Positions 1 through 8,971 of a DNA stretch of 64,000 nucleotides are shown here, one piece after another (within the stretch, counting starts at the first letter, position 1; every line of letters begins with the position of its first letter). The translations under genes and the position numbers were made by a program. The notes below the pieces were generated by a model, which worked only from the letters and a program-made list of their open reading frames with translations, ran no database searches and was not told the DNA's origin. The stretch lies in the IMG/VR virus record IMGVR_UViG_3300025652_000046; one strand, given 5' to 3'. Source of the stretch: an uncultured virus (IMG/VR IMGVR_UViG_3300025652_000046). Taxonomy: Duplodnaviria; Heunggongvirae; Uroviricota; Caudoviricetes.

Positions 1-425
1 CCCTCGCATTTAATAGAAATATTAACTTTATAACCCTCAATTTCTGCTATTCTTTTACATATATCTAAATCATTCATCATTTAATCCTCATAATCCATAA
101 CTCATTTAAAAAGCCGGTCCTTAGTTGTTAATGTGTCGCTTTCTACTTGTTCCGCGTTCATTGTTATATCCTTTTATTGATTTACCTGTAATGATAGAGC
201 ATAAAATTATTATAGCAAGAAATAAAGTGAACTATTTCAGGTTAGATGGTTCACTGGTATTTATTATAGTGACGTAGATATTTGAAACACCCTATTGAAA
301 AAGGCTTAACTCAGATTTTAGTTATGGGTGTTTAGTTGATGACACTAGTGACTATTATAAGAAGTAAGAAAGGGAAAACTAGCACTGGCAATACCTATAG
401 CCAATTTTAGGTAGTCATTCCCTAC

Positions 426-704
426 CTAGAGGGTAGCCATCCCTAGACCAGCAGTTGTTGTACCTCCAGGGGAGTCTAATACTAGCAGTAGGCGGGAGTA
501 AGGGTATCTACTCACTGTTGCTTTTAGAACCGCTTCCAGCTGCTTATCTGTCTCGTTGTAGAATCTACCTTCTATAGTTATAACAAGTTCTTTCACGTTG
601 TGCTCTACTACGCGTATCTCGGCTGCATGGGCGGGGAGAGACCTAGCTATTAGTAGCAGGGCTCCCAACACTATTGCTGCTAACACAGAATTTAATTTCT
701 TCAT
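426..704 (-). CDS. Signal-peptide protein with N-terminal half of a ClpP/SppA-like fold; possibly truncated
   Basis: MKK + hydrophobic stretch + AHA signal peptide; ends shortly after LVLDSPGG..AGL, a ClpP/crotonase-like motif, before any catalytic Ser. Confidence 0.45.
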   Translation of the reverse strand: MKKLNSVLAAIVLGALLLIARSLPAHAAEIRVVEHNVKELVITIEGRFYNETDKQLEAVLKATVSRYPYSRLLLVLDSPGGTTTAGLGMATL

Positions 705-728
705 AATTTTGTATCTCTTTGATTTATA

Positions 729-1262
729 TTAGTATACCAGCTCATGGCATATTGTGTAAACGGCATTTAAACGATTGTACCAACCCTTTAAGAACTTCTT
801 ATTGTTGTTAATATTACCTGTATCATTGTAAAAAGAACGCCTGGCAAGGAAGTAGTTGTGTAGTAACCATTCACTTGGTACCGCCTTAACCGCTGCTACT
901 GTTTTAGAGCCTATGATACCATCTGCTTTTAAGGGTAGTAAACCTTGTAGCTTAAGAGCTGCACGATGCACACCGCTATTGACAGCCATATCCGCCACTA
1001 TGATATCTATACCAGAAGGTAAGTCATCGCCTCTAACCTTATCCCAATACTCTTGTTTGTAGAGGGCTCTCACGTCTCCTATACGCATCCACTTCATATC
1101 CGCCGAGGAAGGCTTACGACCATATAAGGGTTCGAAGTATGCTGTATAAGTGGCTATAGTAATGCCGTAGTTGGTCTCTCCGCCGCTATCATCGGGGTCA
1201 TTAACATAACCACCTTCAACAGACAAGATGACCTCCATAAACGACTCAAAGTTTTCTTTCAT
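729..1262 (-). CDS. Endolysin, glycoside hydrolase family 108 with C-terminal peptidoglycan-binding region
   Basis: EGGYVNDPDDSGGETNYGIT motif, DMAVNSG, DGIIGSKT, FLKGWYNRL. Confidence 0.92.
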   Translation of the reverse strand: MKENFESFMEVILSVEGGYVNDPDDSGGETNYGITIATYTAYFEPLYGRKPSSADMKWMRIGDVRALYKQEYWDKVRGDDLPSGIDIIVADMAVNSGVHRAALKLQGLLPLKADGIIGSKTVAAVKAVPSEWLLHNYFLARRSFYNDTGNINNNKKFLKGWYNRLNAVYTICHELVY

Positions 1263-1278
1263 AATCTTTCCTAATAGT

Positions 1279-1310
1279 AAAAAGCCCCAACACCATAGAG
1301 GTATTAGGGC
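1279..1310 (-). terminator. Rho-independent terminator-like hairpin
   Basis: minus strand gccctaatacc-tctat-ggtgttggggc followed by T5. Confidence 0.65.
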
Positions 1311-1317
1311 AATTCAA

Positions 1318-1800
1318 TTAATGTTGAGTGTCAGCGTCTTCACTGTCCACTGCGGGTATAACTTCAACTATGTTAGCATCTTCGATAGTGACACCAGTAA
1401 GGTTGATCTGGAAAGGCTTCCTATCGGTAACCTCTGTCTCAATCTTCTCAGGCACATATCGATAACCATAACGTAATAAGTCATTCACTATCTTTTGTTT
1501 GTTGATTACTAGTGCAGCTAAAGCAGGAGCACTGTAGCGTCTTGGGTGGTCAGTATCCTCCATCTCATCAATAATCTGCTCTGTCTCAAAATAGAGATCT
1601 ACCATCTTCTCCATTGGGTCGAAGTTTAATTCTTTTAGCCTATCAACTGAGTGCTTAGAGAATTGATTTTTAGAACCCCGAGGTCGTCCAGCACCTGCTC
1701 TCTTACCGCCATTCCTCTTTTCTGAGACAGGCTCGTTAGCGTTAGGGTCTACCGTAGTATCCTCCGCGCTAATGTTCGGGTCATCGTAATCGTTGCTCAT
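1318..1800 (-). CDS. Probable terminase small subunit
   Basis: GGKRAGAGRPRGSKN motif followed by helical region, typical of many phage TerS proteins; 160 aa. Confidence 0.55.
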   Translation of the reverse strand: MSNDYDDPNISAEDTTVDPNANEPVSEKRNGGKRAGAGRPRGSKNQFSKHSVDRLKELNFDPMEKMVDLYFETEQIIDEMEDTDHPRRYSAPALAALVINKQKIVNDLLRYGYRYVPEKIETEVTDRKPFQINLTGVTIEDANIVEVIPAVDSEDADTQH

Positions 1801-1801
1801 G

Positions 1802-1984
1802 TTATTCCTTCTGTTCGGTTAAGGTGGACTCAGCTAACCAGTCAGCATTAATTGCTAACCAGTCGATACCGCTGTCATCACACGCATTTAGTTTAGCCTC
1901 TGCTCTTTGAGTGTTAAGTTCTTTGTTCACACGTTTGCGGTGTTTCTTTACACGTTTTGAAGTATTCATTCTTGTCTTAGACAT
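1802..1984 (-). CDS. Small basic hypothetical protein
   Basis: AGGAG RBS, packed between neighbours. Confidence 0.6.
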   Translation of the reverse strand: MSKTRMNTSKRVKKHRKRVNKELNTQRAEAKLNACDDSGIDWLAINADWLAESTLTEQKE

Positions 1985-2019
1985 AAGAGTTCTCCTGGGC
2001 AGTTAGTTGGTTTAGTTAT

Positions 2020-2571
2020 TTACTCCGTGTCAAAGAAAAAGGTTTGGAAGAGACGTCCAGTAAACTTACACGTACCAAATCCAGGGCGTACACTTCTGTG
2101 ATAGTAGTTGCCATTGTAGATTACCGCTCTATTAAAGAGGTTTCCTACTTCGGCTACCTTCTCCCAATCCTCGTCAACTGTCTGAACTTCATTGAAGTCA
2201 ACAGCAGCATCAGGGGTATTTCGGAAGATACCAGTTTCTTTATGTCGATATAACGCTGTGCCGGAGTCAAGCGGAGCGTCAGGTGTCAGGTATACCACAC
2301 ATGCCCACTGAGTGGCATCGTAGTGTACCCAAGTCTTGTCGTCCTTCGTAGTATATTGGAATACACTATTATACTCTTCCGGCCAACGAGTTATTTTAAG
2401 GTTTAGCAACTTCTCGAAGTGAGACTTGAAACCATAGAACCAAGGGCCTAGTTCAATCTCTGTCCTTAAACCGGGATAGTTTCCGGCTACAGTGAAGTCC
2501 TTAGATAAGGCATGTGCACGTACTTCTTCAGCATTGTTATAGAAATCATCTATAACTAACAGATTAGACAT
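2020..2571 (-). CDS. 2OG-Fe(II) oxygenase-like protein (DUF6445-like)
   Basis: VIDDFY start, HYD and distal HRS iron-ligand pattern, SGT.LY, FNR.V.Y, RLFQTFF. Confidence 0.75.
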   Translation of the reverse strand: MSNLLVIDDFYNNAEEVRAHALSKDFTVAGNYPGLRTEIELGPWFYGFKSHFEKLLNLKITRWPEEYNSVFQYTTKDDKTWVHYDATQWACVVYLTPDAPLDSGTALYRHKETGIFRNTPDAAVDFNEVQTVDEDWEKVAEVGNLFNRAVIYNGNYYHRSVRPGFGTCKFTGRLFQTFFFDTE

Positions 2572-2580
2572 ATATTTTCC

Positions 2581-3144
2581 TTAGTATGTTTCAGAGATAG
2601 AATCAACGATGCCATGCTTAATACATTCTTCAGGGGTTAACCACTCATCTTGAGGGCTAAGTAAATGTTTACGAATGTACTTCTCTGACTTGCCAGTACA
2701 CTTCTTATAGTGGTCAAGCATACGTTGAGAAGACATCTCGAACTCTTTCTGTATAGCATATAGTTCGTGTTCTTTACCACCGGAGCCCCAGCTGTACGTG
2801 TGACTCATTACAGAGGTATTCTGAGTCATAGAGCGTTTAGCACCTGCCATTAGGGTTAGTACACCACAAGAGGCTACACAACCCATACCTACTGTATGTA
2901 CAGGTATCTTTGAGGTCTTCATAACATCAATCAAGTGCCATGCGCTATGCACAGAACCACCAGGAGAGTTAATAATTAGAGTAAGATACTCAGGACGTAA
3001 CTTCTCAGGTAATAGGTTGTACTCCATAATACGTCCCACTAAAGGCATAATGTTTGTCTGATTGAACTCACGAGTAAGTAATAAGATACCGTGGTCTGCT
3101 AATAATTTTCCTGGCTGTTCGTAAACGATTGCTTCAGTAGTCAT
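2581..3144 (-). CDS. ClpP-like serine protease
   Basis: INSPGGSV, GCVASCG (catalytic Ser), MSH (His), DEWL.PEEC..GIVD; start taken at MTTEA. Confidence 0.88.
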   Translation of the reverse strand: MTTEAIVYEQPGKLLADHGILLLTREFNQTNIMPLVGRIMEYNLLPEKLRPEYLTLIINSPGGSVHSAWHLIDVMKTSKIPVHTVGMGCVASCGVLTLMAGAKRSMTQNTSVMSHTYSWGSGGKEHELYAIQKEFEMSSQRMLDHYKKCTGKSEKYIRKHLLSPQDEWLTPEECIKHGIVDSISETY

Positions 3145-3148
3145 AGTA

Positions 3149-3460
3149 TTATCCTCTATATATAGTTTTGTTGTCGATAGCGGTAGGGCCACCTATTATA
3201 TCTACTGCGAAAGCATCAGAAGCGTCTGTAACGCCCTGTTCCTTTAAATCGGCAGCTTCTTTATCTCTCACTATCTCCGCTGTAAGACGCGCTTCTTCTT
3301 CACGTTTAACTTCTGCTATGGTAGCCTCTACAAGGTCAAAATAAAGAGCAGCACTATTCTGTACTTCCTCTTCGCTTATATCCTGTCCATCATATAGGAC
3401 ATCCTTCATAAAGCCGGACATCAATGTAATCGTTTTTTCTCTTAGTAAATCATTAGTCAT
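3149..3460 (-). CDS. Hypothetical protein
   Basis: ORF abutting both neighbours. Confidence 0.6.
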   Translation of the reverse strand: MTNDLLREKTITLMSGFMKDVLYDGQDISEEEVQNSAALYFDLVEATIAEVKREEEARLTAEIVRDKEAADLKEQGVTDASDAFAVDIIGGPTAIDNKTIYRG

Positions 3461-3796
3461 TTAGTATCTCACTTGTTCTGTAGTTTCTGAAATCGTGTTA
3501 GCAAACCGCGAGCGAATGCGAAGCGGGCGTACCACATTGTTTGTACGTTTAAATACGAAAGCCACCCGGTTCTTTCCACCGATACGGCCTAGGTTGATTA
3601 CATCTGTTACGAGACCAGTTATGTACGAGTCTGCCTTTTTACTGTGATGTAATGAAATGCGCCCATCTAAAAAATCGTGCATTTTGCGTTCGGACATGAC
3701 CCACGGTGAAACCATATACATGCGGTTTCCTAGGTAGGTTACTTCTGAAGTTACTTTATGAGCGATTAACATTATATTTTCTTGTACGGTATCCAT
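3461..3796 (-). CDS. Hypothetical protein
   Basis: AAGGA RBS, 111 aa. Confidence 0.6.
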   Translation of the reverse strand: MDTVQENIMLIAHKVTSEVTYLGNRMYMVSPWVMSERKMHDFLDGRISLHHSKKADSYITGLVTDVINLGRIGGKNRVAFVFKRTNNVVRPLRIRSRFANTISETTEQVRY

Positions 3797-3847
3797 AATT
3801 TTTATCCTTTAGTCTAATAGGGGGCACTATCTGATATTCAGCTGATT

Positions 3848-4936
3848 TTAAACAAGGTCTAAATCAAAACTATCCAGTATAGCATTCTGAAGCGATTTAG
3901 CAGAGCTCGAAAGGGCACGACCCAGGCTTGAAGCTACGGAAACGTACTTACCTCCGTTAGCCTCTATCCTTACATAGTAGTACCCTTCTAAAGTACTTAC
4001 CCATTCATTAAGCTCTGACAGTGTTTTACGTCTACTCCCCCAGTACTCAGAACAACTACGTAGGTTAACTATTCGGATTCCTTTAGTTATTTTGTAGACT
4101 GCGATAGTTTGGTCGCCTACCACAGTTGATATGTTCTTTAAAGATTTAGCTAGTTCAGAGGGATCAACTTTCTCAACAGCCCCGATTACACCTTTCTTAC
4201 TATTGACTCTAAAGCTCGACATATCAATTCCTGCTGCATATAGTCCCTCCAAATCCTTAGCACCAAAGTTAAACTCCATAGTACCACCCTTGTTTTCTGC
4301 TGCCTCACTCTCATTCTGCACCCAACCAAGCGATGTTACAGGTTGATCCATCTGTACTTTAACTGTCCTATTACTCCAATCGTAAGAGTTGGGAGCTAAG
4401 TGTTTTATTTGCGAGTTAATTTTATTTTTGTATATAGATAGAGAAACCTCAAGACCATCAAGTTCGTTAAACTCACGTAAGAAAAACCTCAGACCTACCA
4501 CCGCCTTTATCGTGTTTTGTAGGGTATTAAGCATCTCGCGCTTGACATGGTTAAAAGGTCCTAAAAGATTTACATCCTTTAGCATCCCTGAGCGACTTAG
4601 ATTCATCCAACCATAGCTACTCGAAAATGCCCCATTCAGCGTCTTGTAGGCGGCAGTAATAAGGTCGTTTTCTTCTAGCAGCTGCACCTTTTCCTGTGTG
4701 AACAGCTCTTCTACGCGAACCTCTATCTGCCCTATACTACTCTTGTCATCCATTAGTTTTTCGTACTCACTAATTAACTCCTTTCTCTTAGCTAATTCTT
4801 CTTTTATAACAGCAATCAGCACAAGGCTTAAGCAGTACTTCCCGTCTACCTTATCAAAAAGAAAACTAGCCGCGTTTTCTGGATTATAGCGAAGTGGTAC
4901 GCCTGCAGTCTTTAATACATCTTCAAAATCTCTCAT
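3848..4936 (-). CDS. Hypothetical protein
   Basis: 362-aa ORF, AGGAG RBS, downstream of the VWA gene. Confidence 0.7.
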   Translation of the reverse strand: MRDFEDVLKTAGVPLRYNPENAASFLFDKVDGKYCLSLVLIAVIKEELAKRKELISEYEKLMDDKSSIGQIEVRVEELFTQEKVQLLEENDLITAAYKTLNGAFSSSYGWMNLSRSGMLKDVNLLGPFNHVKREMLNTLQNTIKAVVGLRFFLREFNELDGLEVSLSIYKNKINSQIKHLAPNSYDWSNRTVKVQMDQPVTSLGWVQNESEAAENKGGTMEFNFGAKDLEGLYAAGIDMSSFRVNSKKGVIGAVEKVDPSELAKSLKNISTVVGDQTIAVYKITKGIRIVNLRSCSEYWGSRRKTLSELNEWVSTLEGYYYVRIEANGGKYVSVASSLGRALSSSAKSLQNAILDSFDLDLV

Positions 4937-4944
4937 CTTATCTC

Positions 4945-6120
4945 CTAAACTTTAATTTTAACTAAATCACCAAATGGTACTTCATACTCTTTACCTGAGC
5001 TACACCAGATAACTGGGAAGTCAGGGTGATTGACAGGGAAGTCATTACGCCCAACATACATATCTGAGAAGTAAATTAACTGGTCTACTTCTACTTTATG
5101 TTCCTCAATGTACTCAAACACAGGTACAAATGATGTACCTCCGCCACCTACTGCATCAAAGTCAGTAAAGTAATGGCCTTCATCATACTCCTTAACATCT
5201 GCTACCCTATAGTCAGAAGACATAAGGAATACTTTAGTTGGTTGAATTTCATTAATGATAGCATTGATTTCACCTACAAACAATACAAGTTCTTCTTGGC
5301 TTACAGAACCAGAGGTGTCCACTGCTATTACAATATTACCTGCTTTCTGTCCTGTCATTGTTGGTAGATACAGACCACTACCAATATGTCTGCGGTTAGG
5401 TCTTGAGAAAGAAAAGTCCTCAGGGTACCTCGACTTAACCAACCTTTGAAGTTGTTCAGCCCAGTGTATTTGAGCAGTTCGTATCTCTTTGATACGCTCC
5501 TTTAAACCACCAGGAAGCTTCCCTTTACCTCGCATCTCTTGTTGTGTAGCAGCACGGATAACCATATCATCTATCTTCTCAGAGGCTTCCCCTTCTTCGG
5601 AGGCAGTCTTAGCATTTCCTGGTTCTATGTGTTCTTCTGCATTCGCCATCTGCTCTTTTAGTTTATCCTTTTCTGACTCAGACATATCGTCAGTGCTTTC
5701 GGTCTTCTCATCCTTCTTAACCTGATCAAGGATACGATACACCTCTTGCCAAGCCATCCCTGTAAAGCGGCCATTCCTGTCAATCAAGGCTCCCTTTATA
5801 ACAGAGAAACCCGCACCCTCCAGCTGCTCATTGATTACATAGTCCATAGCCACATTACATGCCTGTGGATCCTTACCTTTCCAAGGTTGACAATGCTTTA
5901 GAATAACGTGCATCACCTCGTGTGCTAATACAAAGCGCACTTCTTCTTCAGATATACCGTCTACGAACTCTGTACCCCAACGAATCTCTGACCCATTGGT
6001 GCACATAGTTGGTACAGATTTATCCTCAATCAACTTCAACTGCATTAGACAACTACCAAAGAATGGTTGGTTGAATGCCAAGTTAGTTACCGCTCGGCTT
6101 ACTTTTAGTGCTGCATCCAT
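4945..6120 (-). CDS. Metallopeptidase (HExxH) + VWA domain protein, DUF2201-like
   Basis: LAHEVMH and N.AMDY.IN; C-terminal VDTSGS MIDAS, GGGGTSF.PVF, YFSD. Confidence 0.9.
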   Translation of the reverse strand: MDAALKVSRAVTNLAFNQPFFGSCLMQLKLIEDKSVPTMCTNGSEIRWGTEFVDGISEEEVRFVLAHEVMHVILKHCQPWKGKDPQACNVAMDYVINEQLEGAGFSVIKGALIDRNGRFTGMAWQEVYRILDQVKKDEKTESTDDMSESEKDKLKEQMANAEEHIEPGNAKTASEEGEASEKIDDMVIRAATQQEMRGKGKLPGGLKERIKEIRTAQIHWAEQLQRLVKSRYPEDFSFSRPNRRHIGSGLYLPTMTGQKAGNIVIAVDTSGSVSQEELVLFVGEINAIINEIQPTKVFLMSSDYRVADVKEYDEGHYFTDFDAVGGGGTSFVPVFEYIEEHKVEVDQLIYFSDMYVGRNDFPVNHPDFPVIWCSSGKEYEVPFGDLVKIKV

Positions 6121-6122
6121 TA

Positions 6123-6320
6123 TTATTTATCCTTCAGTGAGTTTAATTTAAGTGTTAACTTGTTTAGATCCCTCTTCAGCTTACTTATCTCTGCTTTCTG
6201 CTCTGCTATCAACTCATCATCCATAGCGAGAACTTTGTAAAAGTAAGCTTCAGTCATTGGCATCCTAGTGTCCTTAGGGGTAGGAGGAGCCATCTCCTGC
6301 CACCCTGTTTTATCCGACAT
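6123..6320 (-). CDS. Small coiled-coil hypothetical protein
   Basis: GAGG RBS before MSDKTG; heptad-like C-terminus. Confidence 0.55.
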   Translation of the reverse strand: MSDKTGWQEMAPPTPKDTRMPMTEAYFYKVLAMDDELIAEQKAEISKLKRDLNKLTLKLNSLKDK

Positions 6321-6330
6321 ACATAGCCTC

Positions 6331-7359
6331 TTAAAGTAGTAAATCACGACCATCAGTTACAACCCAACCCGCAATGTTCTTATCTTTCTTAAGAGCAGGG
6401 TTACGAGACAATGTGTCTCTCATACAGAAAGCAGCAAACTCTTTGGACTGGAAACGCTTAATGAAGGTAACCAATGCCTTAGCTTCCGTTATGGAAACTT
6501 TGTGAGCAAGGTTAGAACATAGTGCATATAAAACATCCGGAGCAACTGGTATCTCAGTAGTTTCAGGGTTAGCAAATACATCTGCTGCTGAAGGTAGATC
6601 ACGGTAGATACGTAAGTACCCGCTAAAGTCAGTTAAGGCTGCTTCACCTATCTGACCCCTAAGTGCTTGACGCTCACAATCACGGTCTAAACCAAGATTA
6701 ATAATAGTATTGGCACGTTCCCAAGAGCGAGGAGACGGTGAAGCCATTACGTTTGGATCGAACTTTTGTAACCACTCAGGGCGGTCATTGATGAAACCTG
6801 TAATCTCCGGTGACAAACCTTTACCTAAGGCGTAGTTACGGAAACCTTCGTGGTCTGTTTCAATGTCTAAGTGGGTTAAACGGTCTTTTAAGTGAGATGG
6901 CATTTGGCTTGTGCCTGCTCTTGAGTTCATAGGGTTACCTGCTGCTACAATTGCTACATTGTCTGGTAAGACGTGTTCACCAATACGGCGCTCGTTAATA
7001 AGCTGAGCCATAACATTTTGGTTAGCCATTACTGCTTGTGGTAATTCATCTAAGAACAATAAAGTAGCTTTACAACCTTCTTGTGGAAGGAAGAAAGGAC
7101 GAGCTCGGTTATAAGTTAAGCCATCCGCAGAAAGCTTAGGGAAACCACCTAACTCAGCATAGTCAAATTGTGCTACAATTACTGTCTCCACTACTAAGCC
7201 TAACTCGGCTGCTAAATCTTCTACCATAGTAGTCTTACCTTCACCTGGTAAAGACCATAACATAGGTACTAAGTAAGAAGCATTAGAAGCACCTTTTTTC
7301 AAAGAAAGATTGCTGTTGATCATTGCTTTTGTGATGTTTTTCGCTTGAGATAATTTCAT
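6331..7359 (-). CDS. MoxR-like AAA+ ATPase
   Basis: Walker A PGEGKT, Walker B LFLDE, AAGN, SPRSW; paired with the VWA gene. Confidence 0.9.
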   Translation of the reverse strand: MKLSQAKNITKAMINSNLSLKKGASNASYLVPMLWSLPGEGKTTMVEDLAAELGLVVETVIVAQFDYAELGGFPKLSADGLTYNRARPFFLPQEGCKATLLFLDELPQAVMANQNVMAQLINERRIGEHVLPDNVAIVAAGNPMNSRAGTSQMPSHLKDRLTHLDIETDHEGFRNYALGKGLSPEITGFINDRPEWLQKFDPNVMASPSPRSWERANTIINLGLDRDCERQALRGQIGEAALTDFSGYLRIYRDLPSAADVFANPETTEIPVAPDVLYALCSNLAHKVSITEAKALVTFIKRFQSKEFAAFCMRDTLSRNPALKKDKNIAGWVVTDGRDLLL

Positions 7360-7448
7360 ATTTAATAGTCCTGTAGTTTGTTAAATTAAGTTAATTGATT
7401 AAAAAGAAATTAAGTAGATCAGTATTGCACTCTATCTATTTAAAATAT

Positions 7449-7482
7449 AAAAAGCCCCAACAGACATTGCGTCTATAGGGGC
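7449..7482 (-). terminator. Rho-independent terminator
   Basis: minus strand gcccctatagac-gcaat-gtctgttggggc + T5. Confidence 0.7.
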
Positions 7483-7494
7483 GGTACTACTATC

Positions 7495-7758
7495 CTACCT
7501 TGCGGTAAGTGTATTATAAAAGCCAAAGATCATTGCGATTGTCATACAAAAATCTGTTGGTAGGAAGGTAAAATAACCAACCAATGCACCAGCAACTCCA
7601 GCTGCTATAGTATTTACAACATAACGATTTGAGGTTATGCTCTTCAGGAAGCTGCCGAGGCCTTTGCCTGCTTCTTTACGTGCTTCTGAATTGGCAAATT
7701 CTTTTGCTGTGGAGGTTGCTCTTGTTGCACTGTCTTTGATTGATTCGATTTTTATCAT
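7495..7758 (-). CDS. Hypothetical membrane protein
   Basis: hydrophobic C-terminal segments; start taken at MIKIES. Confidence 0.55.
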   Translation of the reverse strand: MIKIESIKDSATRATSTAKEFANSEARKEAGKGLGSFLKSITSNRYVVNTIAAGVAGALVGYFTFLPTDFCMTIAMIFGFYNTLTAR

Positions 7759-7804
7759 GTATTTCTCGTATATTGTATGTGGCCCATAGAACAGGGCCAG
7801 CGTT

Positions 7805-8785
7805 TTATGCACTAAATGTAAATGTTTCTATGTCTTCCCAGCCCCAATCATCTCCTATCATACCTTCTGCGTTGTATTCTGTAACGGTTGTTTCAAAGAA
7901 GTTATCATGTGATGTAGTGGCTATCAAAGGTTCAAGCCAGGGTAAAGGATTGTCCTTAACACCGTAGTTTGATTTAAGACCTAACTCAATAAGACGACGA
8001 TCCGCTATAAACCTAATGTACAGCTTTACCTCTTCCTTAGTTAGCCCTTCTATTGGTCCCATCTCGTAAGCAAGGTTAATGACACTATCTTCTAACTTAA
8101 CTGCTTCTCTCACCATATTGTAGATGTCTGCTTTAAACTCATCATTAACGATACGAGGGTGTTCGGCACAGAAAGTCTTAAACAGTTTTGTCATACCTTC
8201 ACAATGTAGAGATTCATCCCTGATAGACCATTGTACTATCTCTCCCATACCCTTCATCTTACCGAATCGAGTATAGTTAATAAGCATAACGAAAGCAGAG
8301 AACAAGCTCATACCCTCACTGATAGCACTACGGGCAACACCTTTAGCTAAGCCTGCGTGGCTGTGGGTGTCTATGTTTGTCATAAAGTCTACTTTCTCTT
8401 TCATTTCTGAATATTCGAGGAAAGCAGTGAAGTCATCTTCAGGTAAACCTAAGGTGTCATTCAGTAAAGCGTAACTACGCTGGTGTGTAAATTCCCTATT
8501 CGCAAACGAGGTAAGCATAGAGCGTATCTCATTGTTCTTGAATTTAGGAATATAAAACTCCAAATAGTTAGTACCTACAGCAACATCACTTTGTGTGAAT
8601 AACCGTAGAATCTGTGTAATGTGGTTTCGTTCTATATCTGTTAGCCTAGTTTTCCACTGAGTTACATCATCTTGTAACTTAGCTTCCCACTCACCCCAAT
8701 GTAAGGTCTCGTGTACAACACTGTACTCTATGGCCCAAGGGTAACTAAATGGTTTGTAAGCTAACCCTGCTTCTAATACTGACAT
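7805..8785 (-). CDS. nrdB: Ribonucleotide reductase class Ia beta subunit
   Basis: YKPF.YPW, FTQSD, E..H..SY, EG..LFSAF, RDESLH, NFFE..VTEY. Confidence 0.95.
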   Translation of the reverse strand: MSVLEAGLAYKPFSYPWAIEYSVVHETLHWGEWEAKLQDDVTQWKTRLTDIERNHITQILRLFTQSDVAVGTNYLEFYIPKFKNNEIRSMLTSFANREFTHQRSYALLNDTLGLPEDDFTAFLEYSEMKEKVDFMTNIDTHSHAGLAKGVARSAISEGMSLFSAFVMLINYTRFGKMKGMGEIVQWSIRDESLHCEGMTKLFKTFCAEHPRIVNDEFKADIYNMVREAVKLEDSVINLAYEMGPIEGLTKEEVKLYIRFIADRRLIELGLKSNYGVKDNPLPWLEPLIATTSHDNFFETTVTEYNAEGMIGDDWGWEDIETFTFSA

Positions 8786-8967
8786 ACTCTTCCTCGTTTA
8801 TATTCTTCTAAGTAGAAGTTTCCGATATCCGGCGACATTAAGCCTGAAGTTACCGCATCATCTATAATTTCTTTTACCGTATAGTTTTGTAACATATTAC
8901 GGTCGACTTTGTATAGGGCAGCCATTGCTGCTTCTACATCTTTAATACTATTATGTTCATATATCAT
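8773..8967 (-). CDS. Hypothetical protein
   Basis: short ORF between nrdA and nrdB. Confidence 0.5.
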   Translation of the reverse strand: MIYEHNSIKDVEAAMAALYKVDRNMLQNYTVKEIIDDAVTSGLMSPDIGNFYLEEYKRGRVCQY

Positions 8968-8971
8968 TATG

